The position numbers were made by a program, and so were the translations under genes. A stretch of 64,000 nucleotides of DNA from Octopus sinensis (lineage: Eukaryota). Positions 1 to 12,552 of this stretch are shown piece by piece. Positions within the stretch are counted from its first letter, which is position 1, and each line of letters opens with the position of its first letter. Where the stretch lies: NCBI RefSeq assembly GCF_006345805.1, contig NC_043011.1, positions 34,856,464 through 34,920,463 of the forward strand. Reading direction: 5' to 3'. The notes beneath the pieces were generated by a model. It did no database searches and was not told the DNA's origin. It was given only the letters and a program-made list of their open reading frames with translations.

Positions 1-579
1 ATATAAGGTAAATGAAGTTTTCTATAGGAACACTAAGTCATATTCATTTAGTGAGTTTACATGCACAAGGATGAATTATGATGTTGTCATTAGCATTAAA
101 TGCAGTAAGAGCTGGTAGCAGCGATGTGGCAGTGATGAATCTCATTGTCCTAACACGGAGAAAGTGAGCAATAGCTTTCTGGAGGTAAACGCAAGCTAGA
201 CTTATGAAGCAGAGAAAAACTGATCTATTTAAGGAAATTGCTGAGCTCTATTGTGATAGGTATAAATTCCAAGTAATGTAAAATATGGCCCGGATCATGA
301 TTACCAACATGAACATCAAACTTCAAAAAGTATTTAACCATTCAATGGTTTTAGTAAATTTCTATAGAAAAAGTAAGCATTATACTGTCCAGCATACATA
401 AAAGTCAACTTCATTATATTTTTTATGTAAAAACCTATTCTGACATTAAATTAGTCAACTTCTGGTATGAATGTTTACATTTGCATGTCATTTTTCAACA
501 AAATAAAATTTGTAAAAAAATTCTGGAAACAATCTACTCATGTTTAATTTATGCACCTACTAAAGTTTATTTTTGTTTT

Positions 580-767
580 TACTCTTTTACTTGTTTCAGT
601 CATTTGACCGTGGCCATGCTGGAGCACCACCTTTAGTCAAGCAAATCGACCCCAGGACTCATTCTTTGGAAGCCTAGTACTTATTCTATCGGTCTCTTTG
701 CTGAACCGCTAAGTTACGGGGATGTAAACACACCACCTTAGGTTGTCAAGAGATGTTGGGGGGACAA

Positions 768-798
<31 letters not shown>

Positions 799-911
799 CA
801 ACAGGCTTCTTTCAGTTTCTGTCTACCTAATCCACTCACAAGGCTTTGGTCAGCCTGAGGATATAGTAGAAGACACTTGCCCAAGGTGCCACGCAGTGGG
901 ACTGAACCCAG
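580..911 (-). mobile_element. tRNA-derived CORE-type SINE, family A (5'-truncated)
   Basis: Reverse complement of the family A sequence seen full length at 38514-38893 (ACCTTGGGCAAGT CORE-like motif, internal microsatellite, tail CAGCATGGCC...GAAACAAGTAAAAGAG). Confidence 0.9.
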
Positions 912-975
912 TCATGACTGAAGGGGGTCTCAGCAAGAGCCTAAGTAAATCTAATAGATTGGTTTGTATATTTAT

Positions 976-1175
976 CCCTTTAGCATTTAAACCAGCCAAA
1001 TCCAGCCCAACTATTCTGCTTGCTTTATGCGCAAACCAGCCAGATCCAGGGTCTTACATCTATCCTTCAATGGCATCCCAAAAGTAACCAATCACACCAT
1101 CAAAATTTCAAAGCTACAAGATAAAGCAATGTGAATAAATAAGCCATACATGTGACTGAGTAATCTGAACATTCC
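976..1175. mobile_element. Degenerate piggyBac-type MITE, same family as 48143-48360
   Basis: Starts CCCTTTAGCATTTAAACCAGCCAAATCCAGCCCAA, matching the reverse complement of the end of 48143-48360; right end eroded. Confidence 0.6.
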
Positions 1176-1211
1176 TGGCAGCTAGCTTTGTTAATAAATT
1201 AAAGAGTTTAA

Positions 1212-1575
1212 CCCTTTTGATACCAGCACACCAGATACTACTACTACTACTACTACTACAACTACTACTACTACTACCACCACCACCACTACCACCACCA
1301 CCACCCTCACCACCACACCACCACCACCACCACCACCACCACCACCATCATCGTTATCATCCTTACTGGTTCTATGATACAAACTTCCTGTTCTAAAGTG
1401 ATCTAAATTAAAATCTTCCAATAATATTTCAAGTTTTCTTTTTTTTATTAAGTTCCAAACACCAGCTTAATAAACGAGGCAAGTTATTTTAATAAATTCT
1501 TCATTATTTCCAAAATTAATTGAAACAAAACCAGTGTATCTCAACAAAAATATTGTAATAAAAAAACAAAAAGGG
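1212..1575. mobile_element. piggyBac-type MITE with internal (CTA/CCA)n expansion
   Basis: TTAA|CCCTTTT...AAAAGGG|TTAA (TTAA at 1208-1211 and 1576-1579); a partial reverse copy lies at about 9820-10017. Confidence 0.8.
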
Positions 1576-1783
1576 TTAAACAGTTAAAATGGAGTGGAAC
1601 CCTTTGAACTGATAGGATTTTTCTATCTTGGAGAACATCTTAACAAGCTTACAAGAGCTGACATATTCGGATTATAATGAGATGATAGTCTACTTGGCCC
1701 ACAAAGTAGGAATGGCTACAGCATGGGTAAGTTGATTTTAGAAAGGACCTAATAAATTAAATATCACCATCAGCACCAACCTG

Positions 1784-1946
1784 TTGTGTCTGAGGAGTAT
1801 CATTCTCTTTTAGTGCCTTATTATTTAACACACTCACTGGTAAAGTTTCCACTCATTTATTTATTTATTTACTTAATTTTCACACTTTACCAGTGAATGT
1901 GTGAAATAATAAGGCACTAAAAGAGAATGACTCCCCCAAGACACAA
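1784..1946. repeat. Fold-back element, about 63-bp arms; same family as 42578-42783
   Basis: TTGTGTCTGAGGAGTATCATTCTC...CACTGGTAAAGT pairs with ACTTTACCAGTG...GAGAATGACTCCCCCAAGACACAA. Confidence 0.85.
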
Positions 1947-1967
1947 AATATACTTCAACACATTAGG

Positions 1968-2017
1968 AAGGGAAACTGAAAGAAGCCCATTGTGTATATA
2001 TATATATATATATAATA

Positions 2018-2050
<33 letters not shown>

Positions 2051-2262
2051 ATGTTTGTGTGTCTGTGTTTGTCCCCCCAACATCGCTTGACAACCGATGC
2101 TGGTGTGTTTACGTCCCCATCACTCAGTGGTTCGGCAAGAGAGACCGATAGAATAAGTACAAGGTTTACAAAGAATAAGTCCTGAGGTCAATTTGCTCAA
2201 CTAAAAGCAGTGCTCCAGCATGGCCACAGTCAAATGACTGAAACAAATAAAAGAATAAAAGA
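1968..2262 (+). mobile_element. SINE family A, 3' part
   Basis: GGAAACTGAAAGAAGCCC...CAGCATGGCCACAGTCAAATGACTGAAAC followed by (AATAAAAG)n tail. Confidence 0.9.
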
Positions 2263-2350
2263 ATAAAGAAAATTAAAAATATATATATGTAAATTAACAG
2301 ATTTTTAAAAAAATCTCTAGATGGAGCCATAAAAATGTTAAAACATGCAT

Positions 2351-2680
2351 GTAAAGACCCCCTTCGGTCATGAATGACCATGGGATTGCACCTAGAAAGT
2401 TACCCTCCTAGACACAAGTCCGGGCAAGGTTGTTTATGGAAGACCAGCAGTCGCCCATGCATACCAGCCTCCCCTCTCCACGCCACCAGTGTTATCCAAG
2501 GGAAAGACAAAGGTCGATACAGCTTGGCACCAGTGACGTCGCAACTCATTTCTACAGCTGAGTGAACTAGAGCAACGTGAAATAAAGTGCCTTGCTCAAG
2601 AACACAACATGCAGCCCAGTCCGGGATTCGAGCTCACAACCTCACGATCGTAAGCTCGACGCTCTAACCACTGAGCCATG
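2351..2680 (-). mobile_element. tRNA-derived SINE, family C
   Basis: Minus strand begins CATGGCTCAGTGGTTAGAGC (A-box) ... GCTCGAATCCC (B-box), then TTCTTGAGCAAGGCACTTT; an internally deleted copy lies at about 32965-33176. Confidence 0.85.
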
Positions 2681-2681
2681 A

Positions 2682-4225
2682 GCATTAGGAAGGGCATCCA
2701 GCCGTAGAAACATTGCCAGATCAGACTGGGCCTGGTGCAGCCTTCTGGCTTCCCAGACCCCAGTTGAACCGTCCAACCCATGCTAGCATGGAAAGCAGAT
2801 GCTAATTGATGATGATGATATGTGTACACCTGTTTTGAGAAAGAAGATTGATTAGAAAGTCTCTCACAATGTAGCGGTTTGGACTTAGAAGTGCTTAAGA
2901 GTAACTTGAGACGAAAGATATAAATATGTAAAGTGAAAGAACAAAAGTCCACCAATATGACTCCAATTAGAGATGGATTTAAAGAACAAATGTACATGAT
3001 AGAATAAAAACATATAAATACAGACATTCTTTTTAAAATCTATAAATAAATAAATATGTTAAAAATATATATGTGTAAATTAATAGGTTTTTAAAAAATC
3101 TTCAGAGGGAGGCATAAAAATGTTAAAACATGCATGTATAGGTAAAAATATTGGGGAAAGGCTGAAGTGGTGATAGAAGCGAACTAAAAGATACAATGAG
3201 GAGCAAAGTAAAAATTCAGGATAGAATACCCTACTTTAACTAATTTTAACTATCCCAATTTTTAACTTCACTCCTCATTGAATCTTTTATTTTGCTTCCA
3301 TCACCACTTCAGACTTTCTCCAATATTTTTACCTATACTCTCTTTTTCTCTTTTACTTGTTTCAGTCATTTGACTGCGGCCATGCTGGAGCACCGCCTTT
3401 AGTCGAGCAAATCGACCCCGGGACTTATTCTTTGTAAGCCCAGTACTTATTCTATCGGTCTCTTTTGCCGAACCGCTAAGTGACGGGGACGTAAACACAC
3501 CAGCATCGGTTGTCAAGCAATGCTAGGGGGACAAACACAGACGCACAAACATATACACACACACTTATATATATATACATATATACGACAGGCTTCTTTC
3601 AGTTTCCGTCTACCAAATCCACTCACAAGGCATTGGTCGGCCCTGGGCTATAGCAGAAGACACTTGCCCAAGATGCCACGCAGTGGGACTGAACCCGGAA
3701 CCATGTGGTTGGTTAGCAAGCTACTTACCACACAGCCACTCCTGCGCCTATACATGCATGTTTTAACATTTTTATGCCTCCCTCTGAAGATTCTTTTAAA
3801 ACCTATTAATTTACACATATATATTTTTAACATATTTATTTATTTATAGATTTTAAAAAGAATGTCTGTATTTATATGTTTTTATTCTATCATGTACATT
3901 TGTTCTTTAAATCCATCTCTAATTGGAGTCATATTGGTGGACTTTTGTTCTTTCACTTTACATATTTATATCTTTCGTCTCAAGTTACTCTTAAGCACTT
4001 CTAAGTCCAAACTGCTACATTGTGAGAGACTTTCTAATCAATCTTCTTTCTCAAAACAGGTGTACACATATCATCATCATCATCATCATCATCGTCATCA
4101 TTTAGCGTCTGCTTTCCATGCTAGCATGGGTTGGACGGTTCAACTGGGGTCTGGGAAGCCAGAAGGCTGCACCAGGCCCAGTCTGATCTGGCAATGTTTC
4201 TACAGCTGGATGCCCTTCCTAACGC
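2682..4225. repeat. Large nested inverted repeat: outer arms 2682-3142 / 3748-4225, inner arms about 3138-3225 / 3250-3336
   Basis: The two outer arms are near-identical reverse complements (the same MSVFICFYSIM... ORF appears on both strands). The inner palindrome is more diverged. A SINE sits asymmetrically at 3338-3749. Confidence 0.92.
3338..3749 (-). mobile_element. SINE family A, full length
   Basis: Complete from the head GGCGCAGGAGTGGCTGTGTGG to the tail. Confidence 0.93.
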
Positions 4226-4522
4226 CAACCACTTTGTGAGTGTAGTGGGTGCTTTTTATGTGCCAGGCGGGGCTGGCAAACAGCCACAGACGGATGGTGC
4301 TTTTTACATGTCACCGGCACAGAGGCCAATCGGGGCGGCGCTGGCAACGGCCACAGTCGGGTGGTGTGGGGGCCAGGCGAGGCTGGCAACGGCCATGATC
4401 GGATGGTGCTTTTTACGTGCTACCGGCACGGAGGACAGTCGGGGCGGCGCTGGCAACGGCCACGATCAGATGGTTCGCTTACGTGCCACCGGCACTGGTA
4501 TCACAGCTGCAATTTCCATTGA
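4070..4522 (-). mobile_element. RTE-LINE 3' UTR fragment with (GAT)n tail
   Basis: Matches the 3' end of the LINE at 15749-18143 (GGCGTTAGGAAGGGCATCCAGC...CCATGCTAGCATGG...GATGATGAT). Confidence 0.85.
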
Positions 4523-4645
4523 TTTACATATATATATATATATATAAAATTAATTAAGGGTAGAAATTGATATTTATCAATTAAAACCAGTGGTCTAGCA
4601 TATTAAAAAGAATCCGAAGATTAAAATATATATATATATATATAT

Positions 4646-4835
4646 ACCAATTAAGGACTGAACACGAAAAGTGGACAGTCAACATGCTAGATATAGACGT
4701 CAAATCGCCATTCTCCACAAAAAGTTTATGTTCTCAAATCAATTTGATTTGAGAACATAATCTTTGTGGAGAATGGCGATTTGACGTCTATATCTAGCAT
4801 GTTGACTGTCCACTTTTCGTGTTCAGTCCTTAATT

Positions 4836-4838
<3 letters not shown>
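4646..4838. repeat. Near-perfect palindrome of about 190 bp within (TA)n
   Basis: ACCAATTAAGGACTGAACACG...TCTCAAATCAA-T-TTGATTTGAGA...CGTGTTCAGTCCTTAATTGGT; one small internal mismatch patch. Confidence 0.95.
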
Positions 4839-4866
<28 letters not shown>

Positions 4867-4868
<2 letters not shown>

Positions 4869-5452
4869 TCATCATCATCATCATTGTTTAACATCTACTT
4901 TCCATGCTAGCATGGGTTGGACGATTTGACTGAGGACTGATGAACGAGATGGCTGCATCAGGCTCCAATCTGATCTGGCAGAGTTTCTACAGCTTGATGC
5001 CCTTCCTAATGCCAACCACTTCGAGAGTGTAGTGAGTGCTTTTACATGCCACCAGCATGAGGGCAAGTCAGGCAGTACTGGCAATGGCCACGCTCAAATG
5101 GTGTTTTTTACGTGCCACCTGAACAGGAGCCAGTCCAGTGGCACTGGCAATGACCTCACTCGAATGTTTTTTCACGTGCTACCGGCACAAGTGCCAGTAA
5201 TGTGACACTGGTAACGATCAAGCTCGAATGGTGCTTTTTTCACGCCACCAGCACAGAAGCCAGTTAGCTGGTCTGGCCACAATCACGCTCAAGATGGTGC
5301 TCTTAGCGCTCCACTAGCACGGATGCCAGTCATTGAATTTGATTCGATTTCGATGTCACTTGCCTCAACAGATCTTCACAAGCAGAGTTTAGTGTCCAAT
5401 GAAGGAAAGGTACACATAAGTGGGTTGGTTACACCCCTGGCATAGGCCACGA
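4867..5452 (-). mobile_element. RTE-LINE 3' UTR fragment (diverged subfamily)
   Basis: (CAT)n tail, CCATGCTAGCATGG and the GCCACC-type internal repeats shared with the 15.7-18.1 kb LINE. Confidence 0.8.
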
Positions 5453-5663
5453 GATATATATATGTATGTATTTACAAAATATAAAGTTATATCTTGAGTG
5501 ACAAAAATGCTCAAGATATACAATGGACTGGATCTTACACATAAGATCCACTCATACAACGAGTGGATCTTATGCGTACACGCCGGTATTGCATATTTTT
5601 ATTTTTTTATTTTATTATCATTATATTTATTTCTCTTATTCCAACAGTTTTAAGCGTGTTATA

Positions 5664-6513
5664 TACTCTTACTCTTTTACTTGTTTCAGTCATTTGACTG
5701 CGGCCATGCTGGAGCACCACCTTTAGTCGAGCAAATCAACCCTGGGACTTATTCTTTGTAAGCCCAGTACTTATTCTATCGGTCTCTTTTGCCGAACCGC
5801 TAAGTGACGGGGACGTAAACACACCAGCATCGGTTGTCAAGCAATGCTAGGGGGACAAACACAGACATACAAACCCACACACACACACATATATATATAT
5901 ATATACATATATACGACAGGCTTCTTTCAGTTTCCGTCTACCAAATCCACTCACAAGGCTTTGGTCGGCCTGGGGCTATAACAAGATGCCACGCAGTGGG
6001 ACTGAACCCGGAACCATGTGGTTGGTTAGCAAGCTACTTACCACACAGCCACTCCTATGCAAAATTTATATTTATATTTATATTTTTATTTGTATATGAT
6101 ACTTATATATTACTGAATTTAAAAATTTTTTAGAATGTCGGACTGTTTAGATATAAATTAGTATATAAGATTTGTATGTGTTTGGTCTATCTTTGAATTT
6201 TGTGATGTTCCTGTGGGTGTTGCTTGCATTGCCTCCCCTTGGATAAAAAAAGTATATATGTTTGTATATACACACACATACACATACACATATTCTTTTA
6301 TTCTATTACTTATTTCAGTCAATTGACTGTGGCCATGCTGAAGCACTGCTTTAAAGGGTTTTAGTCGAAGAAATCAACCCCAGGATTTATTCTCTGTAAG
6401 CCTATCACTAAGTTATGGGGACATAAACACACCAGCATCAGTTGTCAAACGCTGGCAGAGGGACATACATAGACACACACACACACACACAAATACATAA
6501 GTATATACATTAA

Positions 6514-6544
<31 letters not shown>

Positions 6545-6897
6545 CACAACACGTTTCTTTCAGTTTCCGCCTACCAAATCCACTCACAAGACTACGGTTG
6601 GCCTGAGCTTATAATAGAATACACTTGGCCAAGGTACCACACAGTGGGACTGAACCCAGAACCATGTGGTTGGGAAGCAAGCTTCTTACCACACAGCCAC
6701 ACCTGTACCTACACACACACACAGATAGATATGATGAGCTTCTTTCAGTTTTTGTCATCAAAATCCACTCATAAGGCCTTGGTCAGGCTGGGGCAATAAT
6801 GGAATACACTTGCCCAAGGTGCCACACAGAGGGACTGAGACTGGAACCATGAGGTCGGAAATCATATTTCCTAACCAAACACCTATACCTGCACCTC
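5664..6897 (-). mobile_element. Cluster of SINE family A copies (5664-6057, 6292-6710, 6731-6897)
   Basis: Repeated family A sequence on the minus strand. Confidence 0.88.
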
Positions 6898-7542
6898 CTT
6901 TTTGATTTGGGCGAAAAGAATTGTGTTAATTGACTTAATTAGATCACACCAAATAGTTGATAACAACCAGTTTTGAAATGATTTTGTAGTTTCTTTTTAT
7001 CAAAATCTGTTTGACTAAAGGCTATTTCCTAATAGTTATCTCTGTTTTCAGATAACTCCTTTCAATCATGGCCATGAAAAGCCAAGTTTTCTTACATTTC
7101 CAGAAGCATGGTACTTTAATCAATCTCTTCAAGATATCTCTCTTTTTCAAAACTTCTTTGTGTTCTCTTTATCAAACGCTAAATGCATTCTATCTATTTT
7201 CCCAAATTCTTTAAAATTAATTAACATATGCTTGTAAATGGTTTGCTGACTTTCCACAACAAGCAATTACAGTATGTAGGTTATTTAGATCAGTATAACT
7301 TTTATTTATAAAACTCCATAAGGAATTTCCGTTTGAAAATAGTAATCAAGGTGTTGGCGTGGCAACATGTTAAGAAGATTGCTTCCTAACCACATGGTTC
7401 TGGGTTCAGTCCTACTACTGCACAGCACCTTGGGCAAGTGTCTTCTGCTACAGCCTAGGGCCAACCAAAGCCTTGTGAGTGGATTTGGTAGGCAGAAACT
7501 GAAAGAAGCCCATTACATGTATGTGCATGTATGTGGATGAGT

Positions 7543-7641
<99 letters not shown>

Positions 7642-7789
7642 GATATGAAAGGTAATGGTGTCATTAAGACCCAAAGGCATCAGGTAATACTGAGTAAGTG
7701 CTATGGATAGACCATAGTTAAGTTCCAGGTTCGGTGATAATGTGAATAAGGAGTCCAGCGTAGATCATATATCAGCATGTGTATATATA

Positions 7790-8420
7790 AAAAAATCTTT
7801 TTCAGAATGAGATAAAAAACCAAGGCTGTGAAGATTTTAGAACATTTATAAATAGAAGGTCTTACAGCTGTTTCCAGGATATTTATTAGATCCCTTCATC
7901 AGAAACGGTGGGAGAAAATGGTTAAGCAATAGTTAATTTAGATAAGATACGAAATAGAGAGTGAAGTGGAGGAATGAAAATAGATGTGAGATATGCAGGG
8001 ATATTGTATTTGTAGATTCATTATTTAGGCAGAATGGTATACATAAAAGATTCCAATACCTTGTGAGTAAAATCCAGTAGTATTCAATAGAACTGTGTGC
8101 AAACTCTAGACTTGGAATGACCAATTTTAAATACTACTGGATTTTACTCACAAGGTATTGGAATCTTATATGTATACCATTCTGCCTAAATAATGAATCT
8201 ACAAATACAATATCCTTGCATATCTCACATCTATTTTCATTCCTCCACTTCACTCTCTATTTTATATCTTATCTAAATTAATTATTGTTTAACCATATTC
8301 TCACACCGTCTCCAATGAAGGGATATAATAAATATCCTGGAAACAGCTATAAGACCTTCTATTTATAAATGTTCTAAAATCTTCACAGCCTTGGTTTTTT
8401 TATCACATTCTGAAAAAAAT
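7790..8420. mobile_element. Fold-back element (about 295-bp arms, about 45-bp spacer) in a TA context, hammerhead-bearing; putative Penelope-like terminal remnant
   Basis: Arms 7790-8083 and 8129-8420 are reverse complements, flanked by TATATATA on both sides, and each carries a hammerhead motif. Confidence 0.8.
7859..7906 (-). ncRNA. Minimal type-I hammerhead ribozyme motif
   Basis: Minus strand: GTTT-CTGATGA-A-GGGAT(CTAATAAAT)ATCCT-G-GAAAC-AGCT-GTA-AGAC. Canonical core, palindromic stem III ACAGCTGT, GUA site. Decayed mirror copy at 8308-8355 (+). Confidence 0.7.
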
Positions 8421-8431
8421 TATATATACAT

Positions 8432-8806
8432 ATGGAAGCACTCCGTCGGTTACGACGACGAGGGTTCCAGTTGATCCGAATCAACGGAACAGCCTGCTCG
8501 TGAAATTAATGTGTAAGTGGCTGAGCACTCCACAGACACGTGTACCCTTAACGTAGTTCTTGGGGATATTCAGCGTGACACAGAAAGTGACAAGGCCGGC
8601 CCTTTGAACAACAGAAACAGGAAGTAAGAGTGAGAGAAAGTTGTGGTGAAAGAGCACAGCAGGGATCACCACCAACCCTGCCGGAGCCTCATGGAGCTTT
8701 AGGTGTTTTCGCTCAATAAACACTCACGACGCCCGGTCTGGGAATTGAAACCACGATCCTATGACCACGAGTCCGCTGCCCTAACCACTGGGCCATTGCG
8801 CCTCCA
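8432..8806 (-). mobile_element. tRNA-derived SINE, family B
   Basis: Head GGAGGCGCAATGGCCCAGTGGTTAGGGCAGCGGACTCG...GGTTTCAATTCC on the minus strand; same as 18629-19021. Confidence 0.9.
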
Positions 8807-8862
8807 CTATATATATACATATGTGTGTGTGTGTGTGTGTGTGTATACACACACACACACAG

Positions 8863-8894
<32 letters not shown>

Positions 8895-8896
<2 letters not shown>

Positions 8897-9118
8897 AATC
8901 TTGTAGTATTTAAACTGGCCAAATCCAGCCCAAATATTCCACCTGTCTTATGTTCAAACTGGCTAGATCAGGACACTCACCTACTCTACAATATCATTCT
9001 AAAACTAAAAAATCACACTATTGTAGTCTCAGAGATACAAGATAATGCCCAATAAAGTTGAAACAATGTAAGTAAATAAGCATTACATTCAGCAGAGCAA
9101 TCTGAATGCAAAATGGAT
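8895..9118. mobile_element. Degenerate piggyBac-type MITE (48143-48360 family)
   Basis: Colinear with 976-1175 and with the reverse complement of 48143-48360. Confidence 0.6.
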
Positions 9119-9464
9119 GTGTGTGAGTGTGTGTGTGTTGTAATAATGAAGTCAAACCAAATTTGAAAATATTTTGAAATGTTTTAACTGAGGAAGATCT
9201 TACATAATGGATGCATTTTCTAGTATATATTACACAGACCTGAAACATGCATATTAAATGATTTCAGAACATGACTATTTTGTTTGACTTCCTTATTAAG
9301 ACTTATACAACTCGGTGTCAGTACAAACAAGCTTCACATATGCAGATACTCTAACAACAATTTGTAGTTTGGTATATTTGACTCAAGTCAAAATTTCTTG
9401 TACAATGCATCATTTCTTGGCAAAGCATGAAATAGAAATGTATATTTATATACAAGTGTTTATG

Positions 9465-9572
9465 GTTATGTGTGTGTGCATGTATGTGTGTATGTGTATC
9501 TATCTATCTATCTATATATACATATATATATATATATATCTAATATATATAATATATATATATATATATTAT

Positions 9573-9611
<39 letters not shown>

Positions 9612-9644
9612 CATAGATAGATAGATACATAGATAGATAGACAC

Positions 9645-9726
<82 letters not shown>

Positions 9727-9760
9727 TAATACACATACACACACACATGCACACACACAA
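9465..9760. repeat. Compound microsatellite (GT)n/(TA)n/(GATA)n
   Basis: Direct reading. Confidence 0.97.
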
Positions 9761-10527
9761 ACACTTGTATATATGAATGTATTTTGATTATTTTATTTCA
9801 AAATTAATTGGGAAATTATTTTTTTTCAATGTCAATTAATTTTGAAAACAATGAAAAATTTAGTAAAATAATTTTCTCTTCATTAAGCTGAAATTTGAAA
9901 CAACAAATTAACATGAAATTTTAATGAAGACTTTTAATTTAGATCACTTTGAAACAGGAAGTTTGTGTCAGAAAACAAGAAGCAGTTTCAGATAGCTCGA
10001 TATCAAAAAAAAGTTAAGGTAAATCTATCAATCAATTATGGGGGGTGGGGTGTCACATGGAATATATCTCTATGTCCCTAGAAATTCTTGAAGAATCCAT
10101 TCATAATATATTGATTTCCTTAATTTCTATCACTCGTTTAATGTATTGATTTTTTTTTTTTTTTTTTTTTTTTGTTAATGTATTGATTTTTGATCTAGTC
10201 TTTTAATCATTGCTGCCATATGGCATTCAGTCAACTGATGCTGTCTGGAATGATGCTAAATCTTTGTGTCTTTGCCTTCTTCTCAGATATATACAGTCTG
10301 TCAATGTCATCATTTCTCTGTAAGCTTCCAGTCAAATTTTAAAGTCTTTCAAATTTTCAGTGTCAGAGAGGATTTTCCCTCACAAGCTCTCCAATCAGGT
10401 GTGTGTGTGTGTGTGCGCGCGTGCATGTGTACATGCATGCATAGATATTAAAAGACACACATGCAAGAATACATATGCATACAGACATGCATGTGTGTAT
10501 ACCTACCTATTTGTCTATCTGTCTCTT

Positions 10528-10607
<80 letters not shown>

Positions 10608-10962
10608 AAGAAAGAGAGATGGATATGTAAAATAGATACACACATAAATATACATATATGTATATATGTGTCTATGTAAATATCTATCTATCTATCTATA
10701 TATATATATATATACACATATATATATACTCACATATATATATATATATATACATAATCTATACACACACACACACACACATGGATGTGTGTATGTATGT
10801 AAGTATATAGTTATATATATACAAATAGATATGAAAAGTAGACACACATAATATACATACATATACACGTGTGTGTGTGTGTGTTTGCAAACAGGACTGC
10901 CTGGGGCAAGAAAAATCAGTCTGTGAGAATGTACATTTCCATGCATACATGTATGACTATTT

Positions 10963-11005
<43 letters not shown>

Positions 11006-11149
11006 AAAAATACACACAAAACTGTTTTAATTTCCGTAGTTAGCAGGCGAAATTGTATTCCCATCTAAAACATCCATGTTTTTCTAAAACCTCTCAATCA
11101 AATCAGATTAAGATTACACAGACAAGTACAGAATAAAATTGATTAAAAC

Positions 11150-11159
11150 TCATAATAAC

Positions 11160-11204
<45 letters not shown>

Positions 11205-11420
11205 CTATTCTACTACAGGCACAAGGTTTGAAATTTCAAGGGAAGGGATTAATCAATTACATTGATCCCTGTGTTCAACTGATACTTATTTTATTGACCC
11301 CAAAAGGAAGAAAGGCAAAGTCAATGGGGCAAAATTTGAATTCAGAATGTATAGAGTCGGAAGAAATGCAACGAAGCCTTTTGTCCCATACGCTAATGAT
11401 TCTGCCACCTAAATAATAAT

Positions 11421-11451
<31 letters not shown>

Positions 11452-12108
11452 GCAGCAGCACAGCAACAGCAACAACAACAACAACAACAACAACAATCCT
11501 GTCTACTAAAGGCACAAGGCCTGAAATTTGGACGGAGGGAACTAGCTGATTACATCAACCCCATGGCATGTACTGCTCTCTCACTCAATAATAATAATAA
11601 TAATAATAATAATCCTTTCTACCATAGGCACAAGGCCTGAAGAAATTTTGAGGGGAGGGGACTAGTCAGTTACATCAATGCTCCAGTGCTCAACTGGTAC
11701 CTATTTTCTCGACCCCAAAAGGATGAAAGGCAAAGTCAACCTCGACAGCATTTGAACTCAGAACATAAATACAGACAAAATGCTGCTATGTATTTCACCT
11801 GACACACTAACAATTCTGCTGGCGCACTACCTTAATAATAATAAGATGAAGAATACTAATAATAATAATAATAATAACAATCCTTTCTAATATAGGTATA
11901 AACGCTGAAATTGGGAGGGGTGCTAGTTGATTACACCAACCCCAACCCCAGTATGTGACTGGTACTTATTTTATCGACCCCAAAAGGATGAATAGCAAAA
12001 ATCACCTCAAAAAAATTTGAACTCAGAATGCAAAGATGGACAAAATCTCGCTAAGCATTTTATCTGATGTGCTAATAATTCTACCAGTTCACTGGCTTAA
12101 TTATAATA

Positions 12109-12160
<52 letters not shown>

Positions 12161-12291
12161 CCTTTCTGCAATAGGCACAAGACCTGAAACTTTGGGGGAG
12201 GGGGGGCAGTCAATTAGATTGACCCCAGTACACAACTGGTACTCAATTTATCGACATAGAAAGAATGAAAGGCAAAGTCGACCCCAGTGGA

Positions 12292-12335
<44 letters not shown>

Positions 12336-12552
12336 CCTTTCTACTGTAGGCACGTGGCCTGAAATCTTTGAGGAGGGGGTTAAGTCGATAACATCAACCC
12401 CAGTACTTGACTGGTACTTAATTTACCGATCCCGAAAGGATGAAAGGCAAAGTCAACCTCGGTGGAATTTGAACTCAGAACATAACAATAGGTGAAACAC
12501 CGTTAAGCATTTTACCCGGCTTGCTAACGATTCTGCCAGCTCGCTGCCTTAT
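11150..12552 (-). mobile_element. Tandem array of about 6 SINE family D copies separated by (AAT)n/(AAC)n
   Basis: Each unit starts AATCCTTTCTAC...GGCACAAGGCCTGAAA; most contain GACCCC..AAGGATGAAAGGCAAAGTCGACC (Nin-domain-like on the minus strand) and a TTTGAACTC B-box. Confidence 0.88.

Noticed and set aside
3784-3810. CTGAAGA in the outward orientation of the large palindrome
   Set aside because: No stem II, GAAA or NUH in register.
10287-10319. 33-nt candidate exon (strong AG/GTAAGC) reading IYTVCQCHHFS, similar to a GPS motif
   Set aside because: The opposite strand reads DDIDRLYIS.K, matching the DRLY..RKEGGRGL motif of decayed R4/Dong-like LINEs, and no other GAIN or GPCR exons are visible; ambiguous without RNA-seq.
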